Shown: one piece after another, positions 15,986 through 25,705 of the stretch
Layout: each line of letters starts with the position of its first letter
Numbering within the stretch: the stretch's first letter is position 1
Assembly (NCBI GenBank): GCA_040756235.1
Contig: JBFLZG010000010.1
Span: 1-45,010, forward strand
Length of the DNA: 45,010 bases
Direction: 5' to 3'
Source of the DNA: a bacterium
Lineage (GTDB): Bacteria > Desulfobacterota > DSWW01
Program-made: the position numbers and the translations under genes
The notes under the pieces: model-generated
The model's input: only the letters and a program-made list of their open reading frames with translations
What the model was told of the DNA's origin: nothing
The model's database searches: none

Positions 15986-18553
15986 TCAGGCCCAGACGAC
16001 CAGCCCCATGTCGGCGGGATGCACCAGCAGAGGATGCCTGGGCAGGATGCGGATCAGAAATCCCAGCTTGCCCGTCTCCCGACAGGGCAGCATGCCCCTG
16101 TACACGTATCCGTCCTCCCGTCGCGCGCCGTCATGGACCATCGGCTCCAATTGGCGCTTGGAGAGATCTCCCTTGGCGTCCAGGAACCCGCAGTAGAGAT
16201 CTACCCGCAGATCCTCGGGTCGCAGGTTGCCCATGGAGACCCTCGCCTCGACCTCGATGTTGGCGCCCACCTGGAAGTTACCGGACCCGTTCTGCAGATG
16301 GACGCCCCGCACCGCCAGATCCTTCCAGTTCTGGTACAGGTTCTTCTTCCATGCGGCGAACGCCTCGGCCGTTTTCCGCAGGTCGCGGTTCATCTCCCGG
16401 CACAGGTCGGCGGCATTGATGTAGAACTTCTCGACGTAGTCTTCCAGCATCCGGTGCGTGTTGAAAGCCGGACAGAGCTGACGCATGGAGGCCTTCATCA
16501 TCTCGATCCACTTCCGCGGCGTCCCGTCCCGAGCCCGTTCGTAGAACAGCGGGACGACCTCCTTCTCGAGGAGCTCGTAGATCGTCCGGCTCTCCACCTC
16601 GTCCTGATAGTGCGGGTCCAGATACTGCTCGCCCGAGCCGATCGCCCACCCGCGGCTGGGCGCATAGCCCTCCACCCACCAGCCGTCCAGAATGCTCATG
16701 TGGAGAGCGCCGTTGGCCACCGCCTTCATGCCGCTCGTCCCGCAAGCCTCGAGCGGCCGCCGCGGCATGTTCAGCCACACGTCGGCTCCCTGGACCATGT
16801 AGCGGGCCACGTTGATGTCGTAGTCCTCGATGAAGACGATGCGGTACCGGAACCGGTCCTGCCGTGCATAGTGGACGATGTTCTTGATGATTGCCTTGCC
16901 TTCCATGTCCTGCGGGTGGGCCTTGCCGGCGAATATGAGCTGTACCGGCCTCCCCGGAGTGTTGAGGATCTTCGCCAGGCGGTCGGGGTCCCTGAGGACC
17001 AGATCGGCTCTCTTGTAGCTCGCGAATCGACGCGAGCAGCAGATGGTCAGGGCCTCGGGGTCCAGCACGTCCTCCGCGTCCCGGATCTCGGAAGGCAACG
17101 CCCCGCGCCGCACCAGCTGTTCCCGGAGCCTTCTCCTGGCGAAGTTGATCAGCCTCTCTCTTCGGCGCTCGTGCGTTCTCCAGAGCTCCGTGTCGGGAAT
17201 GCGCTCGATCCTCTCCCACACCTTCTGGTTGTCTGCCTCCTCGATCCAGCGCGGGCCCATATAGCGCGTGTACAGGTCGGACATTTCCTTGGAGAGATAG
17301 CTGGGCACGTGCACGCCGTTGGTCACGGAAGTGATCGGCACGTCCTGATTCGAGAAGCCCGGCCAGATCCCCTGCCAGAGATCGCGCGAGACGGCCCTGT
17401 GGAGCTTGCTCACGCCGTTTCGATAGTTCGAGAGCCGGATGGCCAGGATGGTCATACAGAAAGGTTCCTGCTCGTTGTGGGGGTCCTTCCTGCCCAGGCC
17501 GAGCAGCTGCGAAAGCGATATGCCGACGCTTTCCGCGTATCTCCTGAAGAACTTGGCGACCAGCCCCGGGTCGAAGTAGTCGTTGCCGGCAGGGACGGGG
17601 GTGTGGGTCGTGAAGACGGCGTTGGACTTGACCACCTCCAGGGCCGCGTCGAAAGGCAACCCTTCCTTGCGCATGATGCTGCGGATCCTGGCCAGGCCGG
17701 CAAAAGCCGAATGGCCCTCGTTCATGTGGAAGACCGTAGGCTCGATCCCGAGGGTCTCCAGGGCCGCGACCCCGCCCATGCCGAGCAGCACCTCCTGACG
17801 GATGCGCATCTCGCGGTCGCCCCCGTAGAGCAGGCTGCTCACCTCGCGGTCTTCAGGCCCGTTGGAGTCGACGTTGCTCGTGAGCAGATAGAGCGGCACC
17901 CGTCCCACCTGCACCCTCCAGATCTCCACCTGGATGTTGCGATCTCCCATCTCGAGCGTGAACCCGACGGGCTTGCCCTCTCCGTCCCGTTCCACACTCA
18001 GGGGCATGTTCTGATAATCGTTGACGGTGTAGTACTCCTGCTGCCAGCCTTCCACGTTCAGGTACTGCCCGAAGTATCCCTTCTGGTACAGGATGCCGAC
18101 CCCCACGAGCGGGACGTTCAGATTGCTCGCGGACTTGAGGTGATCCCCCGAAAGCACGCCGAGGCCTCCCGAGTAGAAGGGCAGGCATTCGGTCAACCCG
18201 TACTCGGCGCTCAGGTAGGCCACGCGGAAGGAGGGGTCGAGATGGTTCTCGAGATTGAAGGCATAGGGCGCCTTTCTTTGCAGGTAGTGGTCGAGGGACT
18301 CGACCACGTCTTCCATCTGAACGAGGAAGCTCTCGTTCTGGCTCAGCTCCTGCAGTCTCTCCTGCGAGAGCATCCCGAGCATGCGGACCGGGTTGTGGTA
18401 GGCTTCTTCCCAGAGATCCCGATCCAGTCTGCGCCAGAGCTCGATGGCCTTCTGGTTCCATGTGAACCAGAGGTTCCGCGCAAGCCGTTCCAGAGGCTTG
18501 AGGCGTTCCGGCAGCGCGGGTACGACGGTCACCGTGTGCCACTTTTGCTCCAT
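15986..18553 (-). CDS. glgP: Alpha-glucan (glycogen) phosphorylase
   Basis: YSGGLGVLSGDHLKSAS, HMNEGHSAF, TNGVH, RRFASYKRA, AGKAHP, PLP-lysine motif EACGTSGMK. Confidence 0.96.
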   Translation of the reverse strand: MEQKWHTVTVVPALPERLKPLERLARNLWFTWNQKAIELWRRLDRDLWEEAYHNPVRMLGMLSQERLQELSQNESFLVQMEDVVESLDHYLQRKAPYAFNLENHLDPSFRVAYLSAEYGLTECLPFYSGGLGVLSGDHLKSASNLNVPLVGVGILYQKGYFGQYLNVEGWQQEYYTVNDYQNMPLSVERDGEGKPVGFTLEMGDRNIQVEIWRVQVGRVPLYLLTSNVDSNGPEDREVSSLLYGGDREMRIRQEVLLGMGGVAALETLGIEPTVFHMNEGHSAFAGLARIRSIMRKEGLPFDAALEVVKSNAVFTTHTPVPAGNDYFDPGLVAKFFRRYAESVGISLSQLLGLGRKDPHNEQEPFCMTILAIRLSNYRNGVSKLHRAVSRDLWQGIWPGFSNQDVPITSVTNGVHVPSYLSKEMSDLYTRYMGPRWIEEADNQKVWERIERIPDTELWRTHERRRERLINFARRRLREQLVRRGALPSEIRDAEDVLDPEALTICCSRRFASYKRADLVLRDPDRLAKILNTPGRPVQLIFAGKAHPQDMEGKAIIKNIVHYARQDRFRYRIVFIEDYDINVARYMVQGADVWLNMPRRPLEACGTSGMKAVANGALHMSILDGWWVEGYAPSRGWAIGSGEQYLDPHYQDEVESRTIYELLEKEVVPLFYERARDGTPRKWIEMMKASMRQLCPAFNTHRMLEDYVEKFYINAADLCREMNRDLRKTAEAFAAWKKNLYQNWKDLAVRGVHLQNGSGNFQVGANIEVEARVSMGNLRPEDLRVDLYCGFLDAKGDLSKRQLEPMVHDGARREDGYVYRGMLPCRETGKLGFLIRILPRHPLLVHPADMGLVVWA

Positions 18554-18874
18554 GAAAAAATCCTTCCCCGCTCAGAGGCTTTCGAAAAAGAAAAACTCCT
18601 GATGCTGCGGCTTCGCCCTCGAGGGAGGTGCGGCCTCTCGGTTGTCCGTTCCGGTCGTCAGCCGGAACAGGAGCGTATCCAACGGTCGGTTTGACGCTCC
18701 ACGTCTCGATCTATCCTGATACCCTTGCAGCCAAGGGTCAAGGCGCTGACCACGAGCTTGTCCTCGCTCCCCACGAGGACGCGCGCGCAAAGGTCCTCCT
18801 CGGCCCTCTCCCCAGGCCTCCAGGCTCCGCCGAAACTTCCCGGCGGCTCTTGAGGCTTCGAAAAATCCTCCTGG

Positions 18875-19036
18875 GAGGCTGGTGAGAAATGGCCAGATGC
18901 AAGGCGCGCGAAATCCTGAGGAATGAGGCGTGCATGAGGAGTCAGAGTGGACCCCGGCCTTCGCCGGGGCAGGCTCCCCCGCCTCCATGCCGCGCCATGA
19001 GCGCAACGCCGCAGATGGCCGTTTATCGACAGTCTC
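18875..19036. mobile_element. MITE-like repeat (same family as 24213-24363, opposite orientation) with an internal REP hairpin
   Basis: Shares CAGATGCAAGGCGCGCGAAATCC.GAGGAATGAGGCGT and ATGAGCGCAACGCCGCAGATGG with the reverse complement of 24213-24338. Ends GAGGCTG.../...CAGTCTC; the centre is replaced by CCCCGGC-CTTC-GCCGGGG. Confidence 0.8.
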
Positions 19037-19772
19037 CCCTGAGGTAGAGGAAGAACTCGCGATTGCCTTCGGGTCCCCGGAGGCAGGACTCTTCAATTCC
19101 GCAAAAGACGAGGCCTTGTGCCTTTGCATAGGACTCCATGTCCGCCAGCACGGCCTCGAGCAGCTGCGCATCCCTGACCACGCCTCCCTTGCCGACCCTG
19201 CCCTTCCCCACCTCGAATTGCGGCTTGATCAGACAGAGCAGCTCCGCCCGGGCCGCCAGGAAGGGCCGGACGCAGGGAATCACCTTCTTCAGGGAGATGA
19301 ACGAGACGTCGACCGTGGCCAGATCGATGGGCTCCCGAATGCTCTCGGGCGCGAGATGGCGGACGTTGGTCCGCTCGAACAGCGTCACGCGAGGGTCTTG
19401 CCGCAGCTCCCAGGCGAGCTGGCCGTAGCCGACGTCGATCGCGTAGACCTTGATCGCTCCGTTCAAGAGCAGGCAGTGCGTGAACCCTCCGGTGGAGGCG
19501 CCCACGTCCATGGCGATCTTGCCCGCGGGCCGGACCCCGAAGGCGCGCAGGGCCCCCTCGAGCTTCACCCCGCCGCGGCTCACGTAAGGGTGATCGGGCC
19601 GGTCCAGGGTAACGGGCGCACCCGGGTCGATCAGAGAACCCGGTTTGTCGAGGCGACGGCCCGCCACCTGAACCCGGCCGGCGAGGATAAGCGATCTGGC
19701 CCGCTCCCGGCTCCCGGCCAAACCCGAATCGACCAGCCGCCTATCCAGTCTCACCTTCTCCTTCGGCATCAT
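19023..19772 (-). CDS. tlyA: TlyA-family rRNA 2'-O-methyltransferase
   Basis: S4 domain RLD..LV..GL..SRE.A, YVSRGG.KL, DVGASTGGFT, DVGYGQL, DVSFISL, IKPQFE, GPEGNREF. Confidence 0.95.
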   Translation of the reverse strand: MMPKEKVRLDRRLVDSGLAGSRERARSLILAGRVQVAGRRLDKPGSLIDPGAPVTLDRPDHPYVSRGGVKLEGALRAFGVRPAGKIAMDVGASTGGFTHCLLLNGAIKVYAIDVGYGQLAWELRQDPRVTLFERTNVRHLAPESIREPIDLATVDVSFISLKKVIPCVRPFLAARAELLCLIKPQFEVGKGRVGKGGVVRDAQLLEAVLADMESYAKAQGLVFCGIEESCLRGPEGNREFFLYLRGDCR

Positions 19773-20052
19773 CCGTCTTCTGTTCGAACAGCTCCGGCTC
19801 TCCAGGCTGCGTCACGATGCCGCCTTCCGCGGACCGCATCAGGACCTCGATCCTCTTTTCCGCTTCTTCGAGGCCTCCGGTGCAGACCCGGATGAGGCGG
19901 ACCCCTTCCTCAAAGAGCTGAAGCGACTCCTCCAGGTCCAGCTCACCGCTCTCCAGGCGCTGGACGATCTCTTCCAGGCTCTTCAGGGACCGCTCGAACG
20001 GCTCCTTGCCGCCTTCCCGGCTCCGGGGCTCTCCCTCTCCTTCTTTTCCCAC
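19741..20052 (-). CDS. xseB: Exodeoxyribonuclease VII small subunit
   Basis: FERSLKSLEEIVQRLESGELDLEESLQLFEEGVRL..C...LEEAEKRIEVL; GTG start after AGGAGG. Confidence 0.92.
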   Translation of the reverse strand: MGKEGEGEPRSREGGKEPFERSLKSLEEIVQRLESGELDLEESLQLFEEGVRLIRVCTGGLEEAEKRIEVLMRSAEGGIVTQPGEPELFEQKTDDAEGEGETG

Positions 20053-20115
20053 TCCGACCTCCTGTAAAAGCATGGCTCGACGCTTCCCAAGGCTGTGTCA
20101 TGATCCAATCAGGCC

Positions 20116-20140
20116 GTCATTCCCGCGAAAGCGGGGATCC
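20116..20140. repeat. REP-like hairpin GTCATTCCCGC-GAAA-GCGGGGATCC
   Basis: Palindrome with a GAAA loop; related copies at 18948-18969 and 44822-44965. Confidence 0.75.
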
Positions 20141-20155
20141 CTCTGTACCGCGGGA

Positions 20156-21088
20156 TCACCGCTCGCGGCCGCCTCCGGCGGCCTTGGCCATGGATGACAT
20201 GAGCTCACCCGTCCTCTCCAGCAGGTCCTGCGGATCGACCCGCGCTCCGCCCAGGCGCACCCCCCAGTGAAGGTGCGCACCCGTGCCTCTTCCCGTGTGG
20301 CCTACCCAGCCCAGCACGTCGCCCTGCGACACCGTTGACCCTTCCTGGACGCCCACCCGGGAAAGGTGAAAGTACATCGTGTACAGACCGCCGCCGTGGT
20401 CCAGGAAAACGCATTTCCCCTCGAAGAAGTGGTCTCCCACGAGGGCCACTCTCCCCGCGTTGGCCGCCTCCACCGGCGTTCCTTCCGCAGCGCTGACGTC
20501 CAGGCCGCTGTGCATGCTGCGCGGCTCGCCGTTGATCCAGCGGCGCAACCCGAAGCCCGTCCCCCTTTCGCCTTTCACCGGTTCGATGAACGGACCCTTC
20601 CAGAAGACCTCCGGGCTCTCCAGGCGCCACAGCGAATCGACGCGGCTTCTCTCCCTTCGCACGCGCTCCAGGTCCTTGGCGCTCAAGTCCACCATGGAGC
20701 TGGGCAGCTTCAGATGCTGCTCGGCAAAATGAGCGGGCAGGACTTCCAGGCCGGCGGTCCGGACCGCTCCGGATCCTTCCGAGCTCTTCAGCTCGGCCGA
20801 CCACTCGTACCTTCCGGGCTCCAACTGGGCGTCCAGACCGCACAAGGCGTGCCACTTCCCGGTCTCGCCCTCGAGGCGGAAGACCGGGACCGGTTTCGAG
20901 CGAAAGCGCATTCCGGTCACCGACCACCCATCCGGCGCCGTCACCATGAAATGGACGACCTGGCCCTGGAGCGGCCCCTCGGGGCTCCATGTCAGCACGG
21001 CCTGCGCCGGCGGCTCGCCGTCGGCGGCGCCCGCGGGGGCCGCCCACGCCAGCAGCCAGATCGCCAGGATGAGGAAGGCCGTCTCCAT
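20156..21088 (-). CDS. M23 family metallopeptidase
   Basis: Signal peptide from METAFLIL; HSGLD and TGAHLHW zinc motifs; DHGGGLYTMYFHLS. Confidence 0.92.
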   Translation of the reverse strand: METAFLILAIWLLAWAAPAGAADGEPPAQAVLTWSPEGPLQGQVVHFMVTAPDGWSVTGMRFRSKPVPVFRLEGETGKWHALCGLDAQLEPGRYEWSAELKSSEGSGAVRTAGLEVLPAHFAEQHLKLPSSMVDLSAKDLERVRRERSRVDSLWRLESPEVFWKGPFIEPVKGERGTGFGLRRWINGEPRSMHSGLDVSAAEGTPVEAANAGRVALVGDHFFEGKCVFLDHGGGLYTMYFHLSRVGVQEGSTVSQGDVLGWVGHTGRGTGAHLHWGVRLGGARVDPQDLLERTGELMSSMAKAAGGGRER

Positions 21089-21166
21089 CGTCCCTTTCCC
21101 CGTGTGCATTCCGGGTAACCACTTCCATGAGTCAAGAGCCAATGCCGCAACTTGGGGACGTCGCTT

Positions 21167-21194
21167 CCCTTGACCTTTCACCTTTCTCCTTTCA
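21167..21194. repeat. Short heptamer tandem repeat (CCTTTCA x4, degenerate)
   Basis: CCCTTGA-CCTTTCA-CCTTTCT-CCTTTCA; contains the xseA stop codon. Similar traces at ~13884-13905. Confidence 0.55.
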
Positions 21195-22563
21195 ACTTGT
21201 CCGCTGTCGCCCTCTCTCCGGGCTCGACCGATCTCACCGAGCAGGCCAGTTTGCCGCGTGCCAGGGTCACCTCGACGCGGCTCCCTTCGCCCACCCCCTC
21301 CACTCCTTTCAGGACCCTCCCGTCCGGCACGAGCCGCGTGATGCTGTAGCCCCGGGAGAGGACCGCGAGCGGGCTGAGCGACTGCAGCCGCCCCGCCAGC
21401 TCCCTGCAGGCCTGTCTCCCGGCATCCATGCGATGGAGGGTCAGACGCACGAGATCGCGCCGCAGCGCCGCCGTCTGCAGTCGGCCGTCACGAACCTTGC
21501 GGGAAGGGCTGTTCGCGATCAGCCGGGCTCTCCATCCTGCAAGGCGGCCCGCGGCCTGGTTGAGCGCCCTGGCCGTGGCGGACCGCAGACGCTCCTCCAA
21601 CTCGTCGAGCCGCTGCAGGTGCTCGCGCAGCCTCCTGCCCGGATGTACGAGCCTTCGCGCAAGGTGGGACAGGGTCTCCCGCCTTCTTCGCACATCCTTT
21701 GCCTCTGCCTTGAGCAGACGATCCCGGAGGCTCGCGAGGCACTCGGAGAGCGCGGCCTTCTCGGGAACGACCAGCTCCGCGGCGGCCGACGGCGTCGGCG
21801 CCCTGAGATCGGCCACGAAGTCGGCGATGGTGAAGTCGATCTCGTGTCCCACGGCAGAAATGACCGGGATCGCGGAGGAAGCAATGGCCCGGGCCACCTT
21901 CTCCTCGTTGAAAGCCCAGAGATCCTCGAGGCACCCTCCTCCGCGCGCCACAACGAGCACCTCTGCCCGACCCTCTTCGTTCAACATTTGGATCGCACCG
22001 GCGATCTCCTCCCTGGCCCACTCTCCCTGGACCCGCACCGGGCAGAAACGGACCTCCATGTTCGGGAACCGCCCCCAGAGGATCTTCAGGAAGTCGCGGA
22101 TGGCAGCGCCGGTCGGAGAGGTCACGAGCCCCACGGACCTGGGCAGATAGGGTATCGGCCTCTTGCGGGAGGCATCGAACAGGCCTTCATCGGCCAGCTT
22201 CCGCTTCAGCGCCTCGAAGGCGAGCTGCAGAGCTCCCTGCCCCTTCGGCTCCATCCACTGGATCACGAGCTGGTACTCGCCCTTGGGCGGATACACGGCC
22301 AGCTCGGCCCGGCAAATGACCTGAAGGCCGTCTTCCGGGATGAACCGCAGGGCGCTGTTGCGCATGCGGAACATGACCGCCCGGATCTGGGCGAGCTCGT
22401 CCTTCAGGGTGAAGTAGAAGTGGCCCGAAGAGGGGACCCGGAAATTGGAGATCTCTCCTTCGATCCAGAGGAGCTCGAAGGAACCTTCGAGGCATTTCCG
22501 GATCTGCTGGGTCAGCCGGGAAATGGTGAGGACTTCCTCCCCGGCAAGCGGAACGATCTGCAA
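21178..22563 (-). CDS. xseA: Exodeoxyribonuclease VII large subunit
   Basis: WIEGEISN..SGHFYFTLKD, TSPTGAAIRD, ARGGG..EDLWAFNEE, SAVGHEIDFTIADFVAD.RAPTPS. Likely TTG start at 22563 after GGAGGTG. Confidence 0.96.
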   Translation of the reverse strand: MQIVPLAGEEVLTISRLTQQIRKCLEGSFELLWIEGEISNFRVPSSGHFYFTLKDELAQIRAVMFRMRNSALRFIPEDGLQVICRAELAVYPPKGEYQLVIQWMEPKGQGALQLAFEALKRKLADEGLFDASRKRPIPYLPRSVGLVTSPTGAAIRDFLKILWGRFPNMEVRFCPVRVQGEWAREEIAGAIQMLNEEGRAEVLVVARGGGCLEDLWAFNEEKVARAIASSAIPVISAVGHEIDFTIADFVADLRAPTPSAAAELVVPEKAALSECLASLRDRLLKAEAKDVRRRRETLSHLARRLVHPGRRLREHLQRLDELEERLRSATARALNQAAGRLAGWRARLIANSPSRKVRDGRLQTAALRRDLVRLTLHRMDAGRQACRELAGRLQSLSPLAVLSRGYSITRLVPDGRVLKGVEGVGEGSRVEVTLARGKLACSVRSVEPGERATADKLKGER

Positions 22564-22698
22564 TCCGTCACCTCCGGGCACAGCGGTCCGGGAGAGGGGT
22601 TGATCACCGAGCCCGCGGGCGCCTTTCGACACCCTCGGGTCGGCAGAGGTCAGGCTCGGGCGGGCGCCGCAGCGCAGCCGAGCGCCCGGGAGCCGAGA

Positions 22699-24099
22699 TC
22701 ACGGCGTGGGGGAGGAAGGCTGGGCGGCTTCCATCGCAACGGTCCGATGGTCGTTCCTGTAGGCCTGGAAGATTCCCCAACTCTTCAGAATCTCGATGGC
22801 ACGGCTCAGCTGCACGTCTTCCTCGGTCGGGGCCGCGGAGGTCGGGTCGGCCGGCGGCGCCACTTCCTGCTTCAGGATCTTCTCTTCCGGTTTGCTCTCG
22901 GGTTTGCTCTCAGGCAACCCCCCGTTGCCGAGGTGGCGTTCGAGATCCCGTTCCCTGAGGAACTGAACCGGCTTTTCGTCCTCCCCGGCCTTGACCTTCT
23001 CCGGCACGATGATGTCCGGGTCGATCCCCTTGGCCTGGATCGAGCGTCCGTTCGGAGTGAAGTACTGGGCCGTGGTCAGCTTGAGGCCCGAGCCGTCGTC
23101 CAGCGGGATGATGGTCTGGACCGAGCCCTTTCCGAAGGTCGTCGTTCCCAGGATGACCGCCCTGTGATGGTCCTGCAGAGCGCCCGCCACGATCTCCGAA
23201 GCGCTGGCGCTTCCGCCGTTCACCAGGACGATCATCGAATAGGCATGCTTTTCCTTCTGCGGATGCGCGAAGAACTCCATCTGCTGGGCTTCGATGCGCC
23301 CGTTGGTGTACACGATCTTGCCGGACTCCAGGAACTCGTCGGAAACCTGCACCGCCTGGTCCAGCAACCCTCCCGGATTGTTCCGCAGATCGAGGACGAG
23401 CCCCTTCACGCCGGAGGGCGCCTGCGCTTCCAGTTCCTCGAGGGTCTTCTTGAGCTCCTTGGCCGTGTCCTCCTGGAACTGGGCGACCCGCACGTACGCG
23501 TACTCCTTGTCCACCATTCTGGACTTGACGCTCCTGATCTTGATGATGTCCCTGACCAGGCTCACGTCCATCGGTTCGGCAAGACCTTCACGAGCGATCG
23601 TGAGCACGATTTCCGAGCCCTTCTTGCCGCGCATGCGCTTGACCGCTTCGAACAGGGTCATTTCCTTGGTGGACTCCCCGTCGATTTTCAGGATCTTGTC
23701 GCCTGCCTTGAGCCCTCCCCGGAAAGCCGGCGTGTCCTCGATCGGCGAGACGATGGTGAGCAGACCGTCCCGGACGGTGATCTCGATCCCGAGGCCGCCG
23801 AAGGTCCCTTTGGTCTCGACCTGCAGCTCCTTGTAGATTTCCGGGTCCAGGAATGCGGAGTGAGGGTCCAGGGTCTCCAGCATGCCCTTGATGGCGCCGT
23901 ACATGAGCTTCTTCGATTCCACCGGCTCCACGTAGTTCTGCTGCACTTTCTCCAGCACGTCGGTGAAGATCCGGAGGTTCTCGTACGTCTGGTCCGGGAC
24001 GGCCCTGACCTCGTTATTGTCCTGAAGGCCCAAGAGGCCCAGGCAAAGGAAAAGGCTGACGAGGGCGATCAGGTGGGTCTTTCTCCATGGGCGCTGCAA
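22699..24099 (-). CDS. ctpA: Carboxy-terminal processing protease (S41A)
   Basis: LDPHS, GGLGIEI (PDZ), DLRNNPGG, SASASEIVAGALQD, FGKGSVQ. Confidence 0.95.
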   Translation of the reverse strand: MQRPWRKTHLIALVSLFLCLGLLGLQDNNEVRAVPDQTYENLRIFTDVLEKVQQNYVEPVESKKLMYGAIKGMLETLDPHSAFLDPEIYKELQVETKGTFGGLGIEITVRDGLLTIVSPIEDTPAFRGGLKAGDKILKIDGESTKEMTLFEAVKRMRGKKGSEIVLTIAREGLAEPMDVSLVRDIIKIRSVKSRMVDKEYAYVRVAQFQEDTAKELKKTLEELEAQAPSGVKGLVLDLRNNPGGLLDQAVQVSDEFLESGKIVYTNGRIEAQQMEFFAHPQKEKHAYSMIVLVNGGSASASEIVAGALQDHHRAVILGTTTFGKGSVQTIIPLDDGSGLKLTTAQYFTPNGRSIQAKGIDPDIIVPEKVKAGEDEKPVQFLRERDLERHLGNGGLPESKPESKPEEKILKQEVAPPADPTSAAPTEEDVQLSRAIEILKSWGIFQAYRNDHRTVAMEAAQPSSPTP

Positions 24100-24212
24100 G
24101 GTGCTCTCCTCCTATTGCGCATGCGGCTCATTTCATCATTGCGTCCGGCCGAATGCCTGCGGCAGGGCCGGTCGGACCGGGTCCCGCCTCCGGGCCGGAC
24201 GCCCTTATAGTA

Positions 24213-24363
24213 GAGGCTGTCCCAAAACGCCCATCTGCGGCGTTGCGCTCATCCCTCGTCATTGCGGCGTACTGCCATGTACGCCTCATTCCTCGGGATT
24301 TCGCGCGCCTTGCATCTGGGCATTTTTGAACAGCCTCTCAGTCGAGCCTGTTGGGACAGGCTC
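24213..24363. mobile_element. 151-bp MITE with terminal inverted repeats and a 7-bp target-site duplication
   Basis: TIRs GAGGCTGTCCCAA / TTGGGACAGGCTC (12/13 match), flanked by TATAGTA at 24206-24212 and 24364-24370; non-coding and internally palindromic. Confidence 0.85.
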
Positions 24364-24364
24364 T

Positions 24365-24394
24365 ATAGTAATCCTTGACCTTGTACACATTCAA
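24365..24394 (-). promoter_or_regulatory. Putative sigma70 promoter of ctpA
   Basis: TTGAAT-N18-TACTAT; the -10 hexamer lies within the MITE target duplication. Confidence 0.5.
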
Positions 24395-24430
24395 CAGTTG
24401 AAAGCGCAAATCTTGCGGCAAGGGCCCGGT

Positions 24431-25705
24431 CTACCGGACTCGAACCCAATCGAGGGGGTCCTGGGCGCTGCCCCGGTGCCAGATCTCGAAATGGACCACG
24501 CACCCGAGCAGGGAGCCGGTGTCTCCCGCGTAACCGACGATTTCTCCGGCCTCGACCCGTTCTCCCTCGCTCTTGGCCAACCGGCTCATGTGGGAGAGGA
24601 CCGAGTAGCTCTTGCCGCCGTGATCGATGATCATGAGCTTTCCGTAGCCGCGGAACCAGTCCGCATAGACCACCTCACCGCTCCACACGGAGCGGACCGG
24701 GCTTTCCGGCCGGGTCTTGATGTCGATCCCCTTGTTGATGGTCTCGGAGCCGAACTGAGGGTCGTAGTGCTTGCCGAATTTCCGCACCAGCTCGCCCCGG
24801 ACCGGCCAGGACAGCTTGCCCTTGCACGCAACGAAGGAGTCGCCCTGCGGCACGGGGAAATCCGGCACCACCATGCGCACCGGAGGCTTGCTGGCCAGGA
24901 CCCGCTCCTCCTGCTCCTTCTTTCTCCTCTTCTGCTCCGCCTCCCTCTTTCTTTCCTGCTCCTGCTTGGCCCGGATCAGCCGCTCCAGCTCGTGCGCGGC
25001 GTCCCGGGATTCCTTCAACGCCGCATCGTGGAGACGCTTGTCTTGTTCCAGATCGGAGAGGAGGCTGTCCTTCTCCCTTTTCCTGGCCAGGAACTCCTTT
25101 TCCCGTTCCTGCATGCGGCGCTGCAGGACCCTCTTCTGTTCGAGGCTCGCCTCGAGGCTCCTGGCCTTGGACTCCTTCTCCTGCAGGACGGACTGAAAGG
25201 CACAGACGACGGTCCGGTCCGAGGAGAGGATGCGCTTCATGGACTCCAGGCTGCGCACCTTTTCACCGAACGAGCCGTCGGAAAAGACGACCGGCAGCAC
25301 GCCGGCCCTGCCCACGCGATAGTAGGCCACCAGGCGCTCGTCGAACCGCTTGCGCTGCTGCCGGAGCTGTTCCTCGATGTCCCTCAACTCTTCTCCCAGC
25401 TTCAGCGCCTCGGCCTGAAGCTTCCCGATCTGCTCCTCGGTACGCCGGCAGTCCTCGCGCGCCAGACTGATGGCCTGATCGAGCTTCTGCAGGGCATCGA
25501 GCAGACCCTTCTTCTTCCCCGCGATCTGCTGCAGCGTCTCCTTTTCTTTTCGGATCTTCTGCCGGATTTCCTTTAGCTGGCTCTCCTCCCCCGAGGCCTC
25601 GGGCCGGGGCTCCGCAGCGGCCTCAGGGGCCCACCGCGCCCGCGGGGACCAGCTCCAAGCCGCGCACCCGACCGTTATCAGTAGGATGAGGAGCGGTCGC
25701 TTCAT
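24431..25705 (-). CDS. envC: Murein hydrolase activator EnvC (coiled coil + degenerate M23)
   Basis: Signal peptide, long coiled coil, KGKLSWPVRG, NKGIDI (lacks the HxxxD His), GYGKLMIIDHG; follows ftsEX. Confidence 0.88.
   Translation of the reverse strand: MKRPLLILLITVGCAAWSWSPRARWAPEAAAEPRPEASGEESQLKEIRQKIRKEKETLQQIAGKKKGLLDALQKLDQAISLAREDCRRTEEQIGKLQAEALKLGEELRDIEEQLRQQRKRFDERLVAYYRVGRAGVLPVVFSDGSFGEKVRSLESMKRILSSDRTVVCAFQSVLQEKESKARSLEASLEQKRVLQRRMQEREKEFLARKREKDSLLSDLEQDKRLHDAALKESRDAAHELERLIRAKQEQERKREAEQKRRKKEQEERVLASKPPVRMVVPDFPVPQGDSFVACKGKLSWPVRGELVRKFGKHYDPQFGSETINKGIDIKTRPESPVRSVWSGEVVYADWFRGYGKLMIIDHGGKSYSVLSHMSRLAKSEGERVEAGEIVGYAGDTGSLLGCVVHFEIWHRGSAQDPLDWVRVR

Noticed and set aside
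16019..18694. Long antisense ORFs (891 aa here; also 21127-24210, 38057-40771, 11729-13594, 31865-33736)
   Set aside because: Shadow ORFs opposite well-supported genes, expected from GC-rich codon bias; no recognisable motifs.
18554..18874. Intergenic region upstream of glgP as an ncRNA (e.g. 6S RNA)
   Set aside because: Only short hairpins and GAGGCTT(T)CGAAAAA fragments resembling degenerate MITE ends; no long rod structure or recognisable motif.
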